The notes below the pieces were generated by a model. The model was given only the letters and a program-made list of their open reading frames with translations, was not told the origin of the DNA and did no database searches. Position numbers and translations under genes: made by a program. Positions 54,006 through 64,000 of a DNA stretch of 64,000 bases are shown here, piece after piece. The stretch comes from Malacoraja senta (lineage: Eukaryota). Numbering within the stretch: the stretch's first letter is position 1; every line of letters starts with the position of its first letter. The DNA lies in the NCBI GenBank assembly GCA_038087875.1, contig CM075995.1:9922001-9986000 (forward strand), read 5' to 3'.

Positions 54006-55483
54006 CACAAAAATGCTGGAGAAACTCAGCGTCTATGGAGCGAAGGAAATAGGTAACGTTTCGGGCCGAAACCCTTCTTCAGACTGATAGGGGGTGGGGA
54101 GAAGAAAGGAAAAAAGGAAAAAGGCGGAGGAGGAGCCCGAGGGCTGGGGGAGGGGAGGAGACAACCAGATGGCTGATGAAGGGGAGGGGACAGCAAGGGC
54201 TAGCAGAATTGGGAGAATTCAATGTTCAGGCCACCAGGATGTAGACTGCCCAAGCGGAATATGAGGTGCATTTCCTCCAATTTACGGTGTTGCTCGCTGT
54301 GGCCATGGAGGAGACCCAGGACAGAGAGGTCAGATACGGAATGGGGGGGGGGGGGGAGTTGAAGTGCTGAGCCACCGGGAGTTCAGGTTGGTTATTGCGG
54401 ACCGACCGGAGGTGTTCGGCGAAACGATCGCCAAGCCTCCGCTTGGTCTCACCGATGTAGATCAGCTGGCATCTAGAGCAGCGAATGCAATAGATGAGGT
54501 TGGAGGAGATGCAGGTGAACCTCTGTCGCACCTGGAACGACTGCTTGGGTCCTTGAATGGAGTGGATGGGGGAGGTGAAGGGACAAGTGTTGCATCTCTT
54601 GCGGTTGCAAGGGAAAGTACCAGGGGAGGGGGTGGTATGGGAGGGAAGGGAAGAATTGACAAGGGAGTTACGGAGGGAGCGGTCTTTGCGGAAGGCAGAC
54701 ATGGGGGGAGATGGGAAGATGTGGCGAGTGGTGGGGTCACGTTGGAGGTGGCGAAACTGACGGAGGATCACTTGTTGTATGTGACGGCTGGTGGGGTGAA
54801 AGGTGAGGAGTAGGGGGACTCTGCCTTTGTTGTGAGTGGGGGGATGGGGAGAGAGAGCAATGTTGCAGGGTATGGCAGAGACCCTGGTGCGAGCCTCATC
54901 TATGGTGGAGGAGGGGAACCCCCGTTCCCTGAAGAATGAGGACATTTCAGATGCCCTGGTGTGGAACGCCTCATCCTGGGAGCAGATGCGGCGTAGACGG
55001 AGGAATTGGGAGTGGGGGAAGGAGTCCTTACAGGAAGCAGGGTGGGAAGAAGTGTAGTCCAGATAGCCATGGGAGTCGGTAGGTTTGTAGTGGATGTCGG
55101 TAAGGAGTCTATCACCTGCGATGGAGATAGTGAGGTCAAGGAATGGTAGAGAAGTGTCGGAAATGGTCCAGGTGTATTTGAGTGCCGGATGGAAGTTGGT
55201 GGTGAAGCGGATGAAGTCAGTCAGTTGTGTGTGGGTGCAGGATGTGGCACCAAAACAATCATCGATGTAGCGGAGGTAGAGGTCGGGGATGGGGCCCTGG
55301 TACGCATTGAACAAGGATTGTTCTACGTACCCGACAAAGAGGCAGGCGTAGCTGGGGCCCATGCGTGTGCCCATAGCTACGCCTTGTATTTGGAGGAAAT
55401 GGGAGGAGTCAAATGAAAAGTTATTAAGTGTAAGTACCAGCTCCGCTAGGCGGAGGAGGGTGTCAGTGGCCGGGTATAGATTG
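54006..55483 (-). mobile_element. Penelope-like retroelement, 5'-truncated, RT plus GIY-YIG endonuclease
   Basis: ORF 55374-54226 has the RT motifs MGTRMGPSYA and YLRYIDD and GIY-YIG-type NLIYCIRC..IYIGETKRRL..RFAEH; flanked by a 15-bp TSD cattgaaagtaggca (53991-54005, 55484-55498); apparent frameshift at the G run near 54350. Confidence 0.92.
54051..54086 (-). ncRNA. Minimal hammerhead-ribozyme-like motif at the Penelope 3' end
   Basis: Minus strand reads cagt CTGAAGA a GGG tttcgg CCC GAAAC GTT acct: CUGANGA core, helix II, GAAA, palindromic ACGU helix III, NUH site. Confidence 0.6.
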
Positions 55484-57859
55484 CATTGAAAGTAGGCATG
55501 CAGGTGCAGCAGACAGTGAAGAAAGCGAATGGTATGTTAGCTTTCATAGCAAAAGGATTTGAGTATAGGAGCAGGGAGGTTCTACTGCAGTTGTACAGGG
55601 TCTTGGTAAGACCACACCTGGAGTATTGCGTACAGTTTTGGTCTCCAAATCTGAGGAAGGACATTATAGCCATAGAGGGAGTGCAGAGAAGGTTCACCAG
55701 ACTGATTCCTGGGATGTCAGGACTTTCATATGAAGAAAGACTGGATAGACTTGGCTTATACTCGCTAGAATTTAGGAGATTGAGAGGGGATCTTATAGAA
55801 ACGTACAAAATTCTTATGGGGTTGGACAGGCTAGATGCAGGAAGATTGTTCCCGATGTTGGGGAAGTCCAGGACAAGGGGTCGCAGCTTAAGGATAAGGG
55901 GGAAATCGTTTAAGACCGAGATGAGGATAAACTTTTTCACACGGAGAGTGGTGAATCTCTGGAACTCTCTGCCACAGAGGGTAGTTGAGGCTAGTTCATT
56001 GGCTATATTTAAGAGGGAGTTAGATGTGGCCCTTGTGGCTAAAGGGATCAGGGGGTATGGAAAGGCAGGTACGGGATACTGAGTTGGATGATCAGCCATG
56101 ATCATATTGAATGGCGGTGCAGGCTCGAAGGGCCGAATGGCCTACTCCTGCACCTATTTTCTATGTATCTATGTATCTATGACCAAAAATTTTGCCTGTT
56201 CATGCTCTCCAGAGATGCTGCCAGACCCGCTGAGTTGGTATCTGCCAGCTTTTGACCACTGAATTAATCCATTCTCATCCAAATGAAAAAAAATCCTATC
56301 CCAAAGATTTCTCACCAGTAGCTTCCCTACCACTCGCATGAAGTCCACAGGCCTATACTTTCTTGGATTCTCCCTACTTCCCTTGTTAAATAAATGAACA
56401 ACAGTAACTTTTGTCCAGTCCTCTGGGATCTTGCCTGTGGCTAGAGAAATGTAAAGATCCTCGTCGAGGCTCCTACCATCTCTTAAAGAGAAGGTTACAG
56501 AGGAAAAAGTGCAAGGTTGCAGGTAGGTTTGAAGATCCAGGCTACACCCTCGCTTATGGGAGGATCGTTTGGTAGTTGTTAAATCATATTAAATAACAGT
56601 AGGGAGGAAACTTCCTGAATCTGGTCTTACGTGCTTTCCAGCTTTTCTATCTTCTGTTGGGAGAGGAGGGAAGAGCGAGTGGTTCTTGAACATGTTGCCC
56701 GCTTTTCCGAGGCAACGTGAGGGAGGCGGAATTGATTGAGGGGAGGCTGGTCTGTAATGCACTGGGCTCCATCCACAACTCTCTGAAATTTCTTGTGGAC
56801 TTGGCCAGAGCTGTGCCCAAGATGGGAAGTGCCCATTGTAACCAGAGAGCCCTGGATTGAGCAGTTTGGATTGAGGAGGGGAGGGGGAACAACAGGAAAA
56901 TGTCTGGAGGAGGGGTCCAGGGAGAAGGTGTGGCCAAGTTGGTGGTTCTGAGGGGGGGTCAAGGAAATTTGTAGGTAGCTTCCTGAAGAATGCACGGTCT
57001 GAGGACAGGGAGAGCGAGGAGGTTTGAATTGCCAGCAGCAATGGAGTTGCAGCAAATTGGTCTTCCTACTCTTTCCTAGAAAAGTGTAGAGCATAGAATT
57101 AACAAACTTTTTTCGAACAAAAAGTGGGAGGTTTTAGGGAATGAGGCTGTGTGGCAATGATCAGATTTTATTCCGATTTAGTAATTTCCTTGTATTCAGA
57201 GGTCTACTGTATGCTCTTAGCTGTGTGCTAGCCCTTTGTTCTCAAGTTCAACCTGTATCGATTGTTCTTTTTAACAAATCAATTCTCACATCCTTAACTA
57301 TTTATTAAGGACAAAGGTAAAATCAGAGTAGGAAGACCATTTTTTCTAAACTGGAAACTTGGTAAGTCTGTCAAGAGTTAATATTGTGCAGGAAGGAACT
57401 GCAGATGCTGGTTTAAACCAAAGATAGACAAAAAGCTGGAGTAACTCAGGACAGGCAGCATCTCTAGAGAGAAGGAATGGGTGACGTTTTGGGTTGAGAC
57501 CTTTCAGACTGGTTAGGGATAAGGCAAACTAGAGATGTAGACTATGATGTGGAGAGATAAAGAACAATGAATAAAATATATGCAAAAAAGTAACGATAAT
57601 AAAGGAAACAGACTGTAGGGTGAAAACGAGAAGCTCATGCGACTTGGGTGGGGGAGGAATAGAAAGAGAGGGAATACTGGGACTACCCGTATTAATAATG
57701 TTTATTTGTCATAAGCACCAGAACAGTGAAATTCTTCATTGCTGCAGCTTTGCAAGCACAGTAAATACAACACAACGAATAGTCACTCTAGATAAATTGT
57801 TATTCTAGGTAACCCAGACCATGATAGTGCAAGCCTCTTGACTAATGGGAGACAGAATA

Positions 57860-58000
57860 TTGGGGTGGGAGATTGCAACCTTCACGTGGTCTGCCCTGTT
57901 TCGACGAATGCAATCAACCTGGTGTGCACAATCAAGTAAGATCGAATAGAACAAGTTGTCCTACAACTTTAGGCTGTGCACGCCATACTCAAGATAAAGA
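57860..58000 (+). mobile_element. 141-bp retroposon-like insertion
   Basis: Flanked by a 12-bp direct repeat ggagacagaata (57848-57859, 58001-58012); ends in an AAG-rich tail. Confidence 0.7.
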
Positions 58001-58509
58001 GGAGACAGAATAGAAAAAGACTGAAAGGGTTTAGGTAAGCACAAGGTGGAGGTGAGGATGGGTTAAAATATAGAAACGAGGAACTGTGCTATCAAGACAT
58101 ACACAACAAGTACAACAGGGAGTTCAAAGAGGAATGCTGCACTCTGGTGCAGTATATAGTGCTACAGTGCTGTAGCGTGGCACCTACAAGGGATGCAGAT
58201 TGGAAAAATGTGTAAGATTGACTAAGATAGGATGGGAGATGAGGACAGGTTTTACGGGAGGACCATTAAGTAGTGCAATAACAGTGAACTACTGAATGCT
58301 CTTGGGTCTGGACCACTATTACTTGAATTATCTGGGCCGCACACAATGTAGATATTCGTATATTGTTCTTTCCACCCCTCACTTTCTTTGCAACTTAAAA
58401 GATGTTTCATTTGTAACTTTCAAACTTGATGGAAGGCCTTCAAGTTAAGGGGTTAAAATATAGAAACGAGGAACTGCAGATGCTGATTTAAACAAAAGAT
58501 TAATAAAAA

Positions 58510-58650
58510 AACACTTGGAGATGATGGCCTGGTGTTTGTGGAGGTCATTGTCACGAGGTAGGTATGAGGTGTCGTTGTAGGCGTCTGGCCTCAGCATGGT
58601 AGAGGTCAGCCTGCCAGACCACAATGACACCTCCATTATCGGCGGGTTTA
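58510..58650 (-). mobile_element. Penelope-like internal fragment; diverged sister copy at about 59230-59370
   Basis: Minus-strand translation resembles the PLE region before the RT core (DTSYLP..D...HQAIIS). Confidence 0.55.
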
Positions 58651-59380
58651 ATAAGTGTTGGGATAAAAGACTCTGAAGAAGGGTCCCAAACCAAAACATC
58701 ACCTATCCATGTTATCCAGAGATGCTACTTGACCCGCAGTTACTCCATCATTCCCCCAGCCTTGCCATTTGCTGTGAAGGTCCTGCCCTGGTTTGACTTT
58801 CCAAAATGCAACACCTTTCATCTGCATTAAACTCGGCCTACTTGCCCAGTTGATTAAGATCCTGCTGCAATATTTGACAAGCATTTTGCTATCTATAATA
58901 ACACCCATTTCACTATCAGTTGTAAACTAAATAATCATGCCTTGTATGGTCTCATCCATATAATTGATACAGATGACCAACAGTAATGGGCCCAGCACCA
59001 AAGCTGAGGCACACACTTGTCACATTGCATACAACTAGTGCCATCTTTCAGTTTTGCCCCTCTCACTTTAATGCGATGCCCTCTCGTCTGTGATATTTCC
59101 ATCCTAGGAAACAGGTTCTGACTGTCTACCCTATCTATGCCTTTCATAATTTCATAAATTCTATCTCCCCTCAGCAGAGTGGTTTCGTGCCGAGGGCGAT
59201 CAGTTTGGAGGTGGAGGCTCTGCTTCTAATACACTTGGAGATGATGGCCTGGTGTTTGTCTGTGGAGGTTATTGTCAATGGGTAGGTATGAGGTGTCGTT
59301 TTAAGCGTCTGGACTCAACATGGCAGAGGTCAGCCTGCCAGACTACAATGGCACCTTCATAATCGGTTGGGATAGAAGAC

Positions 59381-59596
59381 GTGTAGGAAGGACCTGCAGA
59401 TGCTGGTTTACACCGAAGATGGACACAAAAAGCTGGAGTAACTCAGCGGGACCAGGCAGCATCTCTGGAGAGAAGGATGGGTGACGTTTTGGGTCGAGAC
59501 CCTTCTTCAGACTGAAGAATAGTCTTGACCCGAAACGTCGCCCATTCCTTCTCCAGATACGCTGAGTTACTACGGCATTGTGGGTCTGTCTTCACT
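59381..59596. mobile_element. Fold-back short Penelope-derived element
   Basis: Centre ttcttcagactgaagaa with gaaacgtc-type motifs on both strands and inverted arms. Confidence 0.8.
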
Positions 59597-60689
59597 GCCG
59601 TATAGAGTAAAAGGGCTGTCTCACTGTGCGAGTTGACCCACGAGTGACCCCGAGTGAAAGACTCGTGGTTGCGTACGATACTACAAGTTTATGATCCCGA
59701 GTTTAACCGAGTTCCCACGGGTATGTCTAAGTTTCCCGTTTACTTCTCATTTCTGCGATGTTCCAAGTTCGTCTCCCGAGTGTACCAAGTTCCTCTCCCG
59801 TTAATCTTGAGGCAACAATGTATATCGAAGTGTTTAAAAATCATCACATGTTAAAAAAATGATGTCATGCTTTTTTTTTACATACTATAAAAAGCCTGCC
59901 TTGTTTAAATTGGCTCATTTGGAGAAAATGTTTGCAAGAAGGCTATTGGAGTCCAGGTTGGAGCTTCGACTCTGACTCCGCGGTTTTTTCGACCCAGCGC
60001 CGCCCGCCCGCGGCGGGACGCCCTCAGACCGCAGACCGCGGCTGCTTGATGTTGGTGGTCGGCGGTCACAGCACTCCGGAGCGGCGACCCGGCAAAGCAT
60101 CGCCCGCTCTGTGCATCAGAGGGATAACGGAACTAATCTCCCAGGTCTGTCCCTTCATCAAATGGTGAATCTGCTCCACTAAGACGGCCGTCTCCATACT
60201 CAGATTGCAAAGCAGCTAACGCAGCAGGCTGCAGCTCTGTATAACTGAGTGGTGATGGGTGGTGTAAAAGATTGTGATTATGGTCATGTTAAGAATTAAA
60301 ATTCATAAAATCAATGTGTGAAATGTGATTCTTATTTTTCAAAGTCTCTCACAGGAAACAATGAGCGTATAGAGCCCAGGGAGAGGGGGAGAAAGGGACG
60401 TACACTCACAGAGGCAGAGTCTCTCAGCCTGTGTGAGAGGGAGGGAGAGAGAGAGAGAGACACACACACAAGGTGGATGTGAAATCTCACCTACCTGTTT
60501 CAGTGACAGGCACCCGCAGCCAGTGAATGAAGCCACCCCCATCTGTCTCCCCTCCTCTCCCTCCACCCTCTCTCCTCCACCCCACCCCCCTCACCCCCAC
60601 CCCACCCCCCTCCCCCAATTTGGAAATGTCATCCCATCACCCATTCCTTCTCTCCAGAGATGCTGCCTGCCCTCTGAGTTAAAGAGTTC

Positions 60690-60928
60690 CCACTTGCAGC
60701 AGCAAAACAGGCCAGTAAACACAATACTCATAGATAATATACTAAACAAAGAAAATATATATTAAAAAATCCAGTATTATTGCAAAAATCCCAAAGTCCT
60801 TAGTGCAAACAAGGCAGTTTGTAGTTCATAGTTTAGTTAGCATTTGTTGCGTTCAAAAGCCCGATGGTTGTTGGGAAGAAGCTGTTCTTGAACCTGGAGG
60901 TCATGGTTTTCAGATTCTTATACCTTCT
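60690..60928 (-). mobile_element. Non-LTR retrotransposon 3' end (Rex1/Babar-like); related fragments near 3850-4210, 42240-42412 and 56590-56840
   Basis: Minus-strand peptide TSRFKNSFFPTTIGLLN; FPAVIRLLN at about 42400. Confidence 0.55.
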
Positions 60929-61925
60929 GCACCAGCCCCCCAGCCACACATTCAGATCCCCTATCTCCTTGTTCCTGCCCTTGCCAGCATGAGGTACAAG
61001 AAGCAATCCAGAGATAACCACCATAGAAGTCCTGCTTTTCAGTCTTGTTCCTAACTCTCTTAACGCTGCAGAACCTCCTTCCTCTTCTTACCGACGTCGT
61101 TTGTGCCTACGTACACAACTACTTCCAGCTTCCCTCTCGAGGATTTCATTTGTTTCTATCGGGTTACCCCTCAGCCTCTGACACTCCAGCGAAAAGTATT
61201 TACACTTCTTATAGCAAATACTCTCTAATCCAGGCAACATACATGTCAACATCTTATGTGTAATTTGGCGTAACTACGGGTTCACAAACCCACAGCCCGA
61301 TTTCCCAGTTTTTTATATTTAACATCCCCCAATGAAGAAAGCATACAATATGCCGCCCATGCCACTGTATCTACTTGTGTTACCACTTTGGGGGGGACGA
61401 TGGACTTGCACCCCAAGATATCTCTGTACATCAGTGCCCTGAAGATCTTGCCATTTTCCAGATATTTGTTAATTGATGTATAAGCCTCCTATGTTCCACC
61501 TTTTCAAAAACAAACTGCTGGAATAACTCTGCTGATCAGGCAGTAACTGTAAGGAAAATAGATAATATTTTTGGTCGGGATACTTCGGATTGAACAAACG
61601 TCCCAGCCTGAAATGTCACCTGTCCATTCCCCTCACGGATGCTGTCTGACCGGTGTGAGTTTCTCTAATGGTTTGTTTATTTTTTACTCTAGATTCCAGC
61701 CTCTGCAGTCTCTTGTCAAATTATTTTTGGAAATCTAAATACACCACATCTGTAGGTTGCCTTGTATAATTTCTTCCTGTTACATCTTGAAACTATTTGA
61801 GCAAATTTGTCAATCATTAATTACTGTTTGTAAAATCATGTTGACTGGATTTAATGATTTTAATTGATTAGCTGTTTCCTCTGATTATGGACGTATTTTA
61901 CTAATAGCTATTTAACTTGGTTTTA

Positions 61926-63521
61926 CAGTTCCCTCCATAATGTTTGGGACAAATACCCATCATTTATTTATCTGCCTCTGCACTCAACAATTTGAGATTT
62001 GTAATAAAAAAAAATCACATGTGGTTAAAGTGCACATTGTCAGATTTTAATAAAGGCCATTTTTATACATTTTGGTTTCACCATGTAGAAATTACAGCAG
62101 TGTTTATACATAATCCCCCATTTCAGGGCACCATAATGTTTGGGACACAGCAGTGTCATGGAAATGAAAGTAGTCATGTTTAGTATTTTGTTGCATTTCC
62201 TTTGCATGCAATGACTGCTTGAACTCTGCAATTCATGGACATCACCAGTTGCTGGATGTCTTCTCTGATGATGCTCTGCCAGGCCTGCATTACAGCCATA
62301 TTTAGCTTATACTTGTTTTGGGGGATAGTCCCCTTCAGTTTTCTCTTCAGCATATAAAAGGCATGCTCAATTGGGTTCAGATCAGGTGATTTACTTGGCC
62401 ACTAAAGAATTGACCATTTTTTAGCTTTGAAAAACTCCTTCGTTGCTTTAGCAGTATGTTTGGGATCATTGTCTTGCTGTAGAATGAACCGCAGACAATG
62501 AGTTTAGAGGCATTTGTTTGAACTTAATAGAAATTAAGTTAATAGCATGTGTCTATACACTTCAGAATTAATTACCACCATCAGTTGCATCATCAATGAA
62601 GATAAGTGAGCCAGTACCTTCAGCAGCCATACATGCCCAGGCCATAACACCCTCACCACCGTGTTTCACAGATGAGGAGGTATGCTTTGGATCTTGGGCA
62701 GTACCTTCTCTCCTCCATACTTTGCTCTTGCCATCACTTGATATAAGTTAATCTTCGTCTCATCTGTCAACAAGACCCTTTTCCAGAACTGTAGTTGCCC
62801 TTTTAAGTACTTCTTGGCAAACTGTAACCTGACCATCCTATCTTTGCGGCTAACCAGTGGTTTGCATCTTGCAGTGTAGCCTCTGTATTTCTGTTCATGA
62901 AGCCTTCTGCGGACAGTGGTCATTGACAAATCCACACCTGACTCCTGAAGAGTGTTTCTGATCTGTCGGATAGGTGATGGGGATTTTACTTTATTATAGA
63001 GAGAATTCTTCTGTCATCAGCTGTGGAGGTCTTCCTTGGCCTGCCAGTCCCTTTGCGATTAGTAAGCTTACCAGTGCTCTCTTTGTTCTTAATAATATTT
63101 CAAACAGTTTTATTCTTGTTTCTCAGTCTCAAAGTGGTTTCTTTGACTTTCATTGGCAAAACTTTGGTCCTCATGTTGATGGACAGCAATAAAAGTTTCC
63201 TATGGTGATGGAAAGACTGGGTGCTGAGAACTCTCTTATATCTGCATTAAGGAGGCAATTAAACACACCTAAGCAATTACAAATACCTGCGAAACCATGT
63301 GTCCCAAATATTATGGTGCCCTGAAATGGGGGGGGACGATGTATAAACACTGCTGTAATTTCTACATGGTGAAACCAAAATGTATAAAAATACCCTTTAA
63401 TAAAATACAATGTGCACTTCAACCATATGTGATTTATTTCTATTACAAATCTCAAATTGTGGAGTACAGAGGCAAATAAATAAATGATGGGTCTTTGTCC
63501 CAAACATTATGGTGGGCACTG
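61926..63521 (-). mobile_element. Second copy of the Tc1 element, carried inside the segmental duplication
   Basis: Same sequence and same flanks as 31438-33033. Confidence 0.92.
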
Positions 63522-63966
63522 TAGTTCCCTGCCTTTGTCCTTTTGGGGTGATCTGAATGAGGTGTTTAAAGTGACTTGGTGAGGCAAGATCAGGCTGGCT
63601 GACCTCCCTCTGATTGTTGAAGTAGAGGTGGGTGACAAATTATCTTGAAATTCTTCAAGAAATAGAGGATGTGGGAACTGTGGTGTTACTGTGGCAGAGC
63701 TGCAGTAGACCCAGGTCCTTTCTGATTCTTCGATAGGTATGTATGTTCTGGTGTGATGGCAGCTCTCTGAATGTCAGTTACCTTAGAAACAAACTTGGAA
63801 GAGAAATGCCGAATGAGATTATTAGGCTGTACAGGTTAATTAGATGGTGGTTGTGAAGTTGTTTCTGTCTGTGCACGATAACTGGGGATAGTGATGGTCA
63901 ACTAGCACCAGAGCTTGCACTCTGCTGTTGCAGAATAGAAAGTGAGGCCCTTCCTTTTGCTTGTAG

Positions 63967-64000
63967 GGGTTTGCTTTTGTGGAGTACGAAGTTCCAGAGG
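63967..64000 (+). other. puf60: Second copy of the puf60 exon-7 acceptor and exon start ([11 protein letters not shown]), running off the window
   Basis: Identical to 33479-33512 with the same upstream intron. Confidence 0.9.

Larger units (their letters stand above)
51800..56181 (+). mobile_element. CR1 LINE with near-complete ORF2 (APE endonuclease plus RT), split by the Penelope insertion
   Basis: ORF 51833-54052 (ETW, GDFN, SDH, YRPVSL, GVPQGSVLGP, FADD) continues in ORF 55486-56082; 3' tail ctatgtatctatgtatctatg. Confidence 0.95.
60926..64000 (+). repeat. Direct duplication of 30438-33512
   Basis: Constant offset of 30,488 bp; all ORF-track entries in the two blocks are identical; no differences seen in spot checks. 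Confidence 0.95.

Noticed and set aside
55446..56105. Antisense ORFs over CR1 copies (also 22731-23240, 51868-52725)
   Set aside because: Shadow frames of CR1 ORF2 that recur in every copy
59610..60130. MITE-like start (aagggctgtctcact) and a GC-rich block as a promoter
   Set aside because: No matching right TIR or associated exon found; cannot be classified from sequence alone
61926..63521. Independent recent Tc1 transposition
   Set aside because: Flanks are also identical, so it was copied with the duplicated segment

Overview
Eukaryotic, repeat-rich vertebrate DNA. The dense CR1 LINEs, V-SINEs, Tc1 and Penelope-like elements suggest a cartilaginous fish (inference). The only host gene is the splicing factor puf60 on the + strand: seven coding exons are recognisable (equivalent to human exons 3, 4, 6, 7, 8, 11, 12), followed by a probable ATTAAA poly(A) signal. 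The first exons were not found and presumably lie upstream, the exon-5 cassette was not found, and the equivalents of exons 9-10 are absent, probably lost in a 200-N assembly gap. Notable features: (1) a Penelope-like retroelement (RT + GIY-YIG) with a minimal hammerhead-ribozyme core at its 3' end, plus more than a dozen short, often fold-back derivatives carrying the same core; (2) an apparently identical duplication of at least 3 kb of puf60 intron 6/exon 7, including a Tc1 element, 30,488 bp downstream; (3) a CR1 ORF2 that is open except for the Penelope insertion; (4) several nested or inverted retroelement structures and a candidate poison exon. No CRISPR, rRNA or tRNA genes are supported. 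Exon numbers follow human PUF60 as recalled, not computed.
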